Below the pieces are notes generated by a model. It ran no database searches. It was not told the origin of the DNA and saw nothing but the letters and a program-made list of their open reading frames with translations. Made by a program: the position numbers and the translations under genes. A stretch of DNA of 64,000 bases, taken from the NCBI RefSeq assembly GCF_963921235.1, contig NC_086097.1, forward strand, positions 197,162,001 through 197,226,000, given 5' to 3'. Source of the stretch: Mobula hypostoma. Its lineage: Eukaryota. Below are positions 51,396 through 62,203 of this stretch, piece after piece (position 1 is the stretch's first letter; every line of letters starts with the position of its first letter).

Positions 51396-52978
51396 CCTTG
51401 CTCCTTTTATTAATATAGTTATGCAATATTAAGTATTTGTCTAAATTCGATTTTGGGGCAGTTTACCTTCTTTTTGTCGAGAGACCTTTTCCTTACGCCG
51501 CCATTCCCTTGATGACCCGGAAGTCCGCCACCTTTCTATAGTTTCTACATCCTTCCTGTAGTGAGGTGGCCAGAACTGAGCACAGTACTCCAAGTGGGGT
51601 CTGACCAGAGTCCAAGATAGCTGTAACATTACCTCTTAGCTCCAAAACTCAATCTCACGGTTGATGAAGGCCAGTGTACTGCGTGCCTTCTTAACCACGC
51701 AGTCAATCTGTGCTGCAGCTTTGAGTGTCCTATGGACTCGGACCCCAAGATCCCTCTGATCCTCCACACTGCCAAGAGTCTTACCATTAATACTATATTC
51801 TGCCATCATATTTGACCTACCAAAATGAACCACCTCGGGCTTTTCTGGGTTGAACTTCATCTGCCACTTCTCAGCTCAGTTTTGCATCCTATCAATGTCC
51901 TGATGTAACCTGTGACAGCCCTCCACACTATCCACAACACCCCCAACCTTTGTGTCATCAGCAAATTTACTTACACATCCCTCCACTTCCTCATCCAGGT
52001 CATTTATAAAAATCATGAAGAGAAGGGGTCCCAGGACAGATCACCGAGGCACACCACTGATCACTGACCTCCATGCGGAGTATGACCTATCTGCAATGAC
52101 TCTTTGCCTTCTATGGGCAAGCCAGTTCTGGATCCACAAAGCAAGGTCCCTTTGGATCCCCTGCCTCCTTACTTTCTCAATAAGGCTTGCACGGGGTACC
52201 TTATCAAATGACTTGCTGAAATCCATATACACTACATTTACTGCTCGACCTTCATCAACGTGTTTAGTCACATCCTCAAAAAATTCAATCAGGCTGGTAA
52301 GCATGACCTGCCTTTGACAAAGCCATGCTGACTATACCTAATCCTACGCCTCTCCAAATGTTTGTAAATCCTGCCTCTCAGGATCTTTTCCATCAACGAA
52401 CCAACCACTGATGTAAGACTCACTGGTCTATAATTTCCTGGGCTATCTCTACTCCCTTTCTTGAAAAAGGGAACAACATCTGCAACCCTTCAATCCTCCG
52501 GAACCTCTCCCGTCCCCATTGATGCTGCAAAGATCATTGCCAGAGGCTCAGCAATCTCCTCCTTCGCCTCCCACAGTAGCCTGGGTATAGCTCGTCTGGA
52601 CTTGGTGACTTGTCCAACTTGATACTTTTCAAAAGTTCCAGCACATCCTCTTTCTTAATGTCTATATGCTCAAGCTTTTCAGTCCGCTGTAAGTCATCTC
52701 TACAATTGCCAAGGTCCTTTTCCGTAGTGAAGACTGAAGTAAAGTATTCATTAAGTATCTCTGCGCTCTCCTCTGGTTCCAGACACACTTTTCCATTGTC
52801 ACACTTGATTGGTCCTATGCTCTCATGTCTTATCCTCTTGCTCTTCACATACTTGCAGAATGTCTTGGGGTTTTCCTTAATCCTGCTCGCCAAGGCCTTC
52901 TCATGGCCCCGTCTGGCTCTCCTAATTTCATTTTTGAGCTCCTTCCTACTAGCCTTATAATTTTCTAGATCTATATCA

Positions 52979-54030
52979 TGGTGTTGTCCAGAAGAAACTT
53001 CAGTATGATCAAAGACAGGGGAAGCAAACAAGCCAGTTGTCTTTGTTTTTTTGCCTCCCCATTTTGTGGACTCCGAACAGTTTCTTGCTCTTGGATAATC
53101 TAATCAGAGCAACTGAATGTGGACACAGGAAGCTTCAGGTAATGATCTGCTAAACCTGAGACCGGTCTCAAGCAAATAGTCATTTGTTATGTAAATTTGT
53201 TATGTAATAGCCATTTGTTATGTATTTGTTATGTACGAGTCCTGACGAAGGGTCTCGGCCTGAAACGTCGACTGTACCTCTTCCAAGAGATGCTGCCTGG
53301 CCTGCTGCGTTCACCAGCAACTTTGATGTGTGTTGCTTGAATTTCCAGCATCTGCAGAATTCCTGTTGTTATGTAAAGGGCCTAGACTCTGAACTGATTC
53401 TTACTCTGGGACAATCTAATCAGAGCGATATACCTGAGGCCATTCTCAGAGGAGTAGCTACTTGTTATGTAAAATGCCAGACCTGCAATCGGTAATCTCA
53501 TTAGACTCTGTCTGGGTTGCCTCATTTAACTGGTTTGGACCAGTCAGTGTGTAAAGACACAAATACACAAAGCTGGGGTGGGTAGAGCCATGAAACAATG
53601 TTGGCTGTAGCCCCGTACAATGACTGGTAAGGAGGTGACCCAGGTAGGTTAGGTGACCTTGAGCCAATGGGATAGAGATCCAATGGCTTAATTGTTGAGG
53701 AACAGTATAAGACTCGAGCTCCAAATACGCAGGGGTGATAACTCTCCAGCAGCCAGAAACCAACCATCGCGGATAAGGAGGACCCCACGGACACGTGGAG
53801 ATCGGGACCACGAGGAATGCCTGGCCAACGTAGACTCCTTTCCTGGGTAATAACCTTTTCTCTTCACTGACTGTTCATGGAGAGTCAGGGGTTCTAGAAG
53901 GGAGCACACAGGTAGATAAGAGTGTGAACCCACCTGCTTTTTTAGTTGAAATAATAAAAGTTACTTGTCGGTATATAGAGATTCTCTGTGCCTCACTGAT
54001 CATTATTACAAGGGGTGATTCTTGTAAGAA
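52979..54030 (+). mobile_element. Possible ERV-like solo LTR
   Basis: Internal repeat AATCTAATCAGAGC at ~53097 and ~53413; CCAAT boxes, TATAAG ~53707, AATAAA ~53953; termini uncertain. Confidence 0.4.
53236..53365 (+). mobile_element. 130-bp solo Penelope terminal repeat with hammerhead (53238-53273)
   Basis: AGTCCTGACGAAGGGTCTCGGCCTGAAACGTCGACT; flanked by TTGTTATGTA (53226-53235 / 53366-53375). Confidence 0.82.
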
Positions 54031-54212
54031 TGTTATTAATCCATGGCATTTAAAAAAAAAAAGGTTGGGAACACCTACTCTATATTGTCTTTTAAGTGTA
54101 TCGCATTACTTTCAAAACTTTGACCTCCATTACCTAGAAAGGCAGTTGATAGTGAAATACGTTTATTCCCTGGTTCTGACGAAAGCTCTGCAATCTGAGC
54201 AATTGATTTTTT

Positions 54213-54300
54213 AGCAACACACATCAAAGTTGCTGGTGAACGCAGCAGGCCAGGCAGCATCTATAGGAAGAGGCACAGTCGACGTTTCAGGCTGAGACCT
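54213..54300 (-). mobile_element. Penelope terminal-repeat fragment truncated in hammerhead stem II
   Basis: Near-identical to 7756-7842; lacks the CUGANGA core. Confidence 0.8.
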
Positions 54301-55974
54301 CACTTTCACTTATGTATTCATGCTTTGGTCACTGGTGGAATAATATCTAATTTTTGGATACTAACATAATCAGTAAAGAGCTTATTCTTCTTTTCTATTA
54401 TATTATTAACCTGTTCAAAATATCAGGATTTGTAATGGACGTCATTTGTAATTTGTCATTGAAATAATGTCAAGAAAGCTGTAACCTGATTTTACATTAA
54501 TTTGTGTTTACAGAATATTGATTTGCCAAATTGATTGCTGTACTTGTACATTGAATACATTTGGGATATTCTGAAACTTAAAAGTCTAATTGCAGTATTC
54601 TTGAATTGAATTGACTTTATTTCATACATCTTTCACATACATGAGTAAAAACCTTTACGTTACGTCTCTGTCTAAATGTGCAATGTGAAATCATAGTAAT
54701 TTATAATAAATAGAACATAGAACGTAACATACAATGTAACATAGAAATACACTCAAATCAGCATGAGTTAATCAGTCTGTTGGCCTGGTGGAAGAAGCTA
54801 TCCCCGGTCCTGTCGGTCCTGGCTTTTCTGCTGTGGTATCGTTTTATTGGATGGTAGCAGCTGGAATAGACCGTGGTTGGGGTGACTGGGGTCCCCAATG
54901 ATTCTTCAGATCCATTGATGGTAATAGGGGTAGGCACATCTCCACTCCTCCAGTAATCTGCAACCAGCTCCTTTGTTTTTGTAACATTAGGTAGAATTCT
55001 TATTCCAGGCATAAGGTGTCAGCACTTTACATTTGGAGCTAACCAAAACTGCAAGTTGAGGAAATGAGCTCTTTCAACGCTACTCTAATAATAAGTTGGC
55101 CACAACTTCAAAAGAACATTTGTTTTCTTTGTGGGTGAACAGTCTAATTCCATTGTGAGAATGCCTGGCAATTGGCCAAAGCTGGTGAAAAATGAATGTA
55201 GACAGTTAAAATATTTTTGTGGTTAGGATATTTTCACGTGAAATATAGGAGAGTGGGAGAGGCCCAAGGCCAGTATGAGAAATGTTTGTTGTAGTCAGTC
55301 TCCCTGAGGATTTGGCTTTTTTTTGGTTTATCTTGAATCTTTTGGTTTGGCAATGCTTTAATTAAGCAAATGGAAAATGTCCTGAGAGCTTCCTAAAAGT
55401 TGATAGCTCTAAAATAGTAGAGTGGTTGACTGAACTTAGCATACAGAATCCTGATGATTTTTGTTTAACTGTTTGTATTTGTACAGCAGATTAATTTTTC
55501 AATACAAAATAGCTTTAAATCAAAATTGCAAGTTATTAAATTTAAAGATCTAATCTGAATTGCAAGTAAAATCAAGTTTTTTTTCAGTGTAGTGTTATTG
55601 GAAAGTTTAATGAGAAGAGTGCATTAAACAACCCAGGCTTGCAAGTGAGAATTTACAAATTATTTGAAATTATAATTGGAACCTCATGGTGAACTCGTAG
55701 TTTGGAATGTACGACGTGAAGATTGCACTGAGCTTTGAGTTTTAGTGAATACTAAAAAATTTGTAGATAAAATGAAAAATAAATGAAGTTAGCTGGATAA
55801 GGAAAAAGGAATGTGCAAGGAAAAAATTTAATCCATTGTTTCTCTTTTGTAGAGTTGCAGTCTCCCCTGTTCATAGGTCTACACATTTCTTGTGGGCCCT
55901 TGAAATATGCTATCAGTCATTATTTCTGAATTAATACTTTTGCTGGTATTAGAAACCATTGAACTTTAATGTTA

Positions 55975-56545
55975 TTCAAAGTACATTTACTATCAAAATA
56001 CATATGTCACTATATACAAGATTTGTTTTCTTGTGGGCATAGGTAATATATCCAAGAATCACAATAGAATCAATGAAGGACTGCCCCCAACAGGACAGAC
56101 AGACAACCAATGTGCAAAAGACAACAAACTGCAAATACAAAAAGAAAAGAGATAATAAATAAGTAATAATAAATATCAAACTTGAGATACATAGTCCTTG
56201 AAAATGAGTCCATCGGTTGTTGGAGCATTTCAGTGATGGGCCAAATGAAGTTGAATGACGTTATGCTCTTTGGCTGAAGAGCCTGATGGGTGAGGGTTAA
56301 TAACTTTTTCTGAACCTGGTTGTGAGTTCTGAGGCTCCTGTACCACCACCTTGATGGCAGCAGTAAGAACAGGGCATGTCCTGGGTGGTGGGGCTCCTTG
56401 ATGATGGATGCTGCTTTCCTGTGACAGTGCTCTGTGTAGATATGCTCAATGGTGGGAAGTGTTTACCTGTGATGGACTGGGCCACATCCATAGGATTTTC
56501 CATCCAAGAGAATTGGTGTTTGCATACCAGGCTGTAATGCAACCG
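55975..56545 (-). mobile_element. Rex1/Babar 3' fragment
   Basis: DVAQSITGK and TTRFRKSY remnants; tail matches 18200-18320. Confidence 0.65.
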
Positions 56546-56651
56546 ATTTTTTTGACTGGTACCTCATTTTAAGGGCCTGCTAGTGATGTGCAGGCCAATG
56601 AAGAGAGAAGGCTGTAACTCTACAAAAGAGAAACAATGGAATTAACTTTTT

Positions 56652-56789
56652 AATTCCTGATAAAGGGTCCTGGCCTGAAACGTCGACTGTACCTCTTCCT
56701 ATAGATGCTACCTGGCCTGCTGCGTTCACCAGCATTTTTTATGTGCGTTGCTTGAATTTCCAGCATCTGCAGATTTCCTTGTGTCTGCA
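56652..56789 (+). mobile_element. 138-bp solo Penelope terminal repeat with mutated hammerhead (56653-56688)
   Basis: ATTCCTGATAAAGGGTCCTGGCCTGAAACGTCGACT; TSD AATTAACTTTTT 56640-56651 / AATTAAATTTTT 56790-56801. Confidence 0.78.
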
Positions 56790-57369
56790 AATTAAATTTT
56801 TCCTTAGTTTCCGGTTAATCACATGATACATGATACAATTTTGTATAGATATTTTAAAAAAAGGTTAAATGTTTGTGAACTTTATTTAGAATGCTCATAT
56901 GGCAAAAGTCATTTTGCATTTATAAATTTTCATTTAATTTTAATTTTTTGAATTGTGTTCCATTTAAATAAAAACTAAATTTCTTTAATTTAAATTTGGA
57001 TGTTTATCATTGGGAACTATTTGAAGTAACTGCTGAAAATGGTGAAAACCAGCTGGTGGTACCTATTTAAATGTTTCATGAATTTTTAATGATGGAGATG
57101 AGAACTTAAAATGCATTGCACTCCTTGATCTTTTGAATTTGGGATTTTTATAATATGTTTACAGAAATCTCATTCATGAATTAGAATATCTTCATGAAGA
57201 TGAAATTTCTCGCAAATTAGTTTACATTGCTGCATTTATTTTGTGTCAGTGTTCAAACAAAAACAAACTTAAATTGATTGAAGTTGCATTGAGTTACGAG
57301 TGAACACATGTTTGTCTTTCCCAGGGAATAATATTGGAAACATATCATTATAGCTGATTCTTGTATTAA

Positions 57370-57552
<183 letters not shown>

Positions 57553-57612
57553 TGAATTGATGTAAGTTGCAAGTTCTACAATTGCTAGTTTCTCATTTTT
57601 GTGACCAACTAA

Positions 57613-58355
57613 AGGCTGATTTATACTTGTGCGTCAAATGTACGCCGTAGGTACGATGTAGCGGCACACCCTACGCCGTACTCTATGCAAACCCTACGCC
57701 GTAGCCTAACGTGCACCTCTCCCAAAATGTAACTGCGAGTCGCAGCGACGCAGTCCGCAACAACTGTAATTGGTCCGTTTGGTAGCATCACATTTCCTCC
57801 TACGCTGCAATAGCTTCCCATTGGGCGACTGAAGGGCAGGGAGGAAACTCTGGCTGCAATGCTTTCCATAAAGCTTTACAGACTGCTGAAATTATGAAGA
57901 ACCCTGTGCTTGATGCCAGTTTGCATCTAGCTGCTACAGCCTGTTGACTTCCACCTGCAGCTAAAACTCGAATGGTGATTGCCAGTCTCTGGGTATACTG
58001 ATGCGATATTAATTGTTGGAGATGATGAACCAAATCGTCAAATCTACTTGCCGACATCTGAAAATATTTGAAATGCATTTCCTCATCCATGTCTCTCAGT
58101 GGCAGGACAAGCACAGAAAATTCATCCTCCTTCAGTTTCAGTTGCCATTGTTTGAAGTTTGAGTTTCTTCGTGTTCAGTTTCAACACAAAGAAACTCAAC
58201 ACAGTGGCATAGAAACCCCACTGCCAACTAACGTTTCGGCGGTGAATTGCAGTGTGACGCAGACACACCAGCGCACAAGTATAATTGCTCACAACAGCCT
58301 AGCCCACTTGCGTAGGCTGCGACGTAAGCTAGTACACACAAGTCTAAATCAGCCT
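57613..58355 (-). mobile_element. Non-autonomous PIF/Harbinger DNA transposon derivative
   Basis: TIRs AGGCTGATTTATACTTGTG / CACAAGTCTAAATCAGCCT (18 of 19); flanks TAA and TTA; ORF 57800-58114 [12 protein letters not shown]...[15 protein letters not shown]...VCKALW resembles the Harbinger transposase N-terminus. Confidence 0.85.
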
Positions 58356-58912
58356 TTAGACTGTGATTTCCAGGTATAATAGTTGTGGCTTTTTGTTGTA
58401 AAAAGAAAGATTGGGGGATGCAGAATTAACTTCTTCTGAATGACATTGTAGTGCTTTCCAGCAGGAAAGTTGAAATAAAGGAAGACTTTGAAGACTTTTG
58501 CCATTGAAATGCAGTGAGAAAGAATCTGAAACATGGGAAACATTTCATTGGTTCTGCAAACTTAATGGAAGAACCATTCCAAAGTATATCACTTGATAAT
58601 GAATTGGTTGATAATATTATGAAGTACTTTTTTTTCCACTGGATAGCGGACCCTTGAAAAATAGAAAAGACGGCCATCATTCCCCACCTGCAACCCAACT
58701 GTTGAGAATGATCAAGTTGTACAGCGCAGGGTCACAGTTAGCTCTAATGCTCTGGCTTCTACCTGCAGTTTTCATCATCACAATAACCAGTCTTCAACCA
58801 ATCTGGTTAAATCCACCTGATTTTAGGAAATATCTGAGAACAATGGGTACAGCAAAGGTCACAAGAACAGATAATATGCCATCTCTACATCTCAAAGATT
58901 TGCTCTGTTTCA

Positions 58913-59212
58913 GTGCGGCTGTTAGGTGCTATGGTAGCGTTGTGCTTAGCACAACCTATTACAGCTTGTGGCATCAAATTTTTCAGTTCAATCCTGGCAT
59001 CTTCTGCAAAGAGTCTGTAAGTCCTCCCTGTGGAATGTGTGGGTTTTCTTTCAGTGTTCCAGTTTCCTCCCACAGTCCAAAGACCTTCTAGTTAGTAGGT
59101 TAATTGGCTATTGTAAAACTGTCCCATGATCTAGTTAGTATTATATTGGGAGTTTCTGGGTGGGGCAGGCCAGAAGAATTTATTGCATGGTGTATCTCTA
59201 AATAAATAAATT
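58913..59212 (+). mobile_element. V-SINE-like (tRNA-headed) element
   Basis: Degenerate B-box GTTCAATCC; V-domain GTGGGTTTTC...GTTTCCTCCCACAGTCCAAAGAC; TAAATAAATAAA tail. Confidence 0.65.
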
Positions 59213-59829
59213 TGACTTTCAGTGCTTAATAGCAAAAACATACCTTTTGAATTAAGCATCAAGGACCCTTGGTAAAGTTGTCGGATTTGTACTGTGTACA
59301 GAACCAAGACCCTGTGCTGTCCAACTGGTTCATTCTAAACAGTAGGATGGGAAGTGGGGAATGGTGGTTGGCCATTCACTTCAGCCTTGTGATATCAGTG
59401 TTGGACTTTGTGAGGAGGTTGTCCCAGGCCTAGCTGCCTTCCCTAGCATCATCAATGATCCTATGTTCATAATAAGGTCAGAATTGGAGATGTAGAATAA
59501 TAAATGACTAATGTTCAATTCTATTCACTGCTTTTCAGCAATTAAGTAGTTTTTCACTTGTATGCAGATTGACCTAAGTAACATTCAGGCATGGTCTGAT
59601 CAATGGCAAAAACGGAACAAAGAACAGTATAGCACGGGAACAGGCCTTTGGTCTTCCAGTGTTATTTCAGACTAATTAAATTAGTAATCAAAACCCTAAC
59701 TAAACTAATACCTTTCTGTCCATATCCTTCCATTTTCTGCACATTCATGTGCCTACCTTAAGAGTTTCTTGAATGCCCCGATCAGATTTGTTTGCACTAC
59801 ATCAGGCAGCACGTATCAGGTACCCACCA

Positions 59830-60130
59830 AGATGAGAAAATCTGCAGATGCTGGAAATCCAAGCAATGCGCATAAAATGCTGGAGGAACTCAGCAGACTA
59901 GGCAGCATTGATAGAAAACTGAACAGTTTCAGGACTGGGTGGAAAAAAAAGTCAGATGAAGAAGGTGGGGGAGGGGCAGAAGTAGTACATGGTGAAAAGT
60001 GACAGGGTGATAAGTGAAGCTGGGAGAGAGGGGGTGAAGTAAAGAGCTGGGAAGTTGATGGGTGAAAGGGATAAAGGGCTGGAGAAGGGTGAGTGTGATA
60101 GAGGGTAGAAGACCAAGGAAGGGAGAGGAA
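59830..60130 (-). mobile_element. Penelope terminal repeat and spacer with hammerhead core deleted
   Basis: AAATCTGCAGATGCTGGAAATCCAAGC...GGAGGAACTCAGCAG matches 4970-5030. Confidence 0.7.
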
Positions 60131-60132
60131 CA

Positions 60133-62203
60133 TAGTCATAGTCATACTTTATTGATCCTGGGGGAAATTGGTTTTCGTTACAGTTGCACCACAAATAATA
60201 GTAATAGAACCGTAAATAGTTAAATAGTAATATGTAAATTATGCCAGTAAATTATGAAATAAGTCCAGGACCAGCCTGTTGGCTTAGGGTGTCTGACCCT
60301 CCAAGGGAGGAGTTGTAAAGTTTGATGGCCACAGGCAGGAATGACTTCCTATGACGCTCTGTGCTGCATCTCGGTGGAATGAGTCTCTGGCTAAATGTCC
60401 TCCTGTGCCCACCCAGTACATTATGCAGTGGATGGGAGACATTGACCAAGATGGCATGCAACTTAGACAGCATCCTCTTTTCAGACACCACTGTGAGAGA
60501 GTCCAGTTCCATCTCCACAACAGCACTGGCCTTACGAATGAGTTTGTTGATTCTGTTGGTGTCTGCTACTCTCAGCCTGCTGCCCCAGCACGCAACAGCA
60601 AACATGATAGCACTGGCCACCACAGACTTGCAGAACATCCTCAGCATCGTCCAGCAGATGTTAAAGGACCTCAGTCTCCTCAGGAAATAGAGACGGCTCT
60701 GACACTTCTTGTAGACAGCCTCAGTGTTCTTTGACCAGTCCAGTTTATTGTCAATTCGTATCCCCAAGTATTTGTAATCCTCCACCATGTCCACACTGAC
60801 CCCCTGGATGGAAACAGGGGTCACCTGTACCTTAGCTCTCCTCAGGTCTACCACCAGCTCCTTGGTCTTTTTCACGTTAAGTTGCAGATAATTCTGCTCA
60901 CATCATGTGACAAAGTTTCCTACCGTAGCCCTGTACTCATCCTCATCTCCCTTGCTGATGCATCCAACTATGGCAGAGTCATCAGAAAACTTCTGAAGAT
61001 GACAAGACTTCTGTGCAGTAGTTGAAGTCCAAGGTGTAAATGATGAAGAGAAAGGGAGACAAGACAGTCCCCTGTGGAGCCCCAGTGCTGCTGATCACTC
61101 TGTCAGACACACAGTGTTGCAAGCACACGTACTGCGGTCTGCCAGTCAGGTAATCAAGAAACCATGATACCAGGGAAGCATCCACCTGCATCACTGTCAG
61201 CTTCTCCCCCAGCAGAGGAGGGTGGATGGAGTTGAATGCACTCGAGAAGTCAAAAAACATGACCCTCACAGTGCTCGCTGGCTTGTCCAGGTGGGCGTAG
61301 ACATGATTCAGCAGGTGGACGATGGCATCCTCAACTCCTAGTCGGGGCTGGTAGGCGAACTGGAGGGGATCTAAGTGTGGCCTGACCATAGGCCGGAGCA
61401 GCTCCAGAACAAGTCTCTCCAGGGTCTTCGTGATGTGGGAGGTCAATGCCACTGGTCTGAAGTCATTAAGGCCGCTGGGGCCTGGCGTCTTCGGCACAGG
61501 GACGAGGCAGGACGTCTTCCACAGTGCAGGAACCCTCTGGAGCCTCAGGCTCGGGTTGAATACATGGTGAAGTACTCCATATAGCTGAGGGGCACAGGCT
61601 TTGAGCACCCTGGTACTGACACCATCCGGTCCTGCAGCCTTGCTTGTGTTGAGACGTTTTAGCTGTCTTCTCACCTGTTCAGCTGTGAAGCCCACCGTGG
61701 TGGTTTCGTGTGGGGAAGGGGTATAGTCATGACAGCAGGGTGGGGGACTGTGAGGAGGGGTAGGAGGGGAGAGTGGAATATGTGTTGGTTGGGGGCCGAC
61801 AGCAGATGGCTCATGTGGGGGATGGGCAGGGGCCACAATGTCAAATCTGTTAAAGAACAGGTTAAGTTCATTGGCCCTGTCCACGCTGTCTTCAGCTCCT
61901 CTGTTGCTAGTTTGCTGGAACCCAGTGATGGCCCTCATACCCCTCCAGACCTCTCTCATATTGTTCTGCTGGAGTTTCCACTCAAGCTTCCTCCTGTACC
62001 TGTCTTTAGCCTCCCTGATCCTGGCTTTCAGGTCCTTCTGTATTGCCCTCAGCTCCTCCCTATTTCCATCTCTAAATGCCCTCTTTTTAGCATTCAGGAT
62101 GTCCTTAATGTCCTTTGTCACCCATGGCTTGTTATTTGAATAACAAAGGACAGTTCTTGTCGGAACATTGCAGTCCACACAGAAGTTGATGTAATCAGTG
62201 AAC
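60133..62203 (-). mobile_element. 5'-truncated Rex1/Babar LINE, RT nearly intact
   Basis: NNKPWVT, KAAGPDG, DFRPVALTS, DPLQFAY, FDFSSAFN, GAPQGTVLSP; frameshift near 61010 just before QKFSDDS; (TATGAC)n tail after AATAAA. Confidence 0.9.

Larger units (their letters stand above)
45709..51530 (-). mobile_element. Full-length L1-clade LINE, ~5.8 kb
   Basis: 16-bp TSD CCTTTCTATAGTTTCT at 45693-45708 and 51531-51546; 5' end GGCGGACTTCCGG; ORF1, ORF2, A-rich tail. Confidence 0.95.
45214..52975 (-). mobile_element. CR1 element (45214-45708 and 51531-52975) split by the L1 insertion
   Basis: LVRPHLEYCAQFWPPHYRKDVETIER breaks at the TSD; upstream EFFEDVTK..MDFSKSFDKVP and LASRIKENPK; tail TTCTATGTTTCTA at ~45214. 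Confidence 0.85.

Noticed and set aside
53184..53235. Short direct repeats as a CRISPR-like array
   Set aside because: 10-bp units with 1-8 nt gaps, eukaryotic context, no cas genes.
58654..59091. 145-aa ORF as a further exon or gene
   Set aside because: Does not match the expected TRAPPC9 continuation (AALEGLCSAS...) and runs into a SINE.
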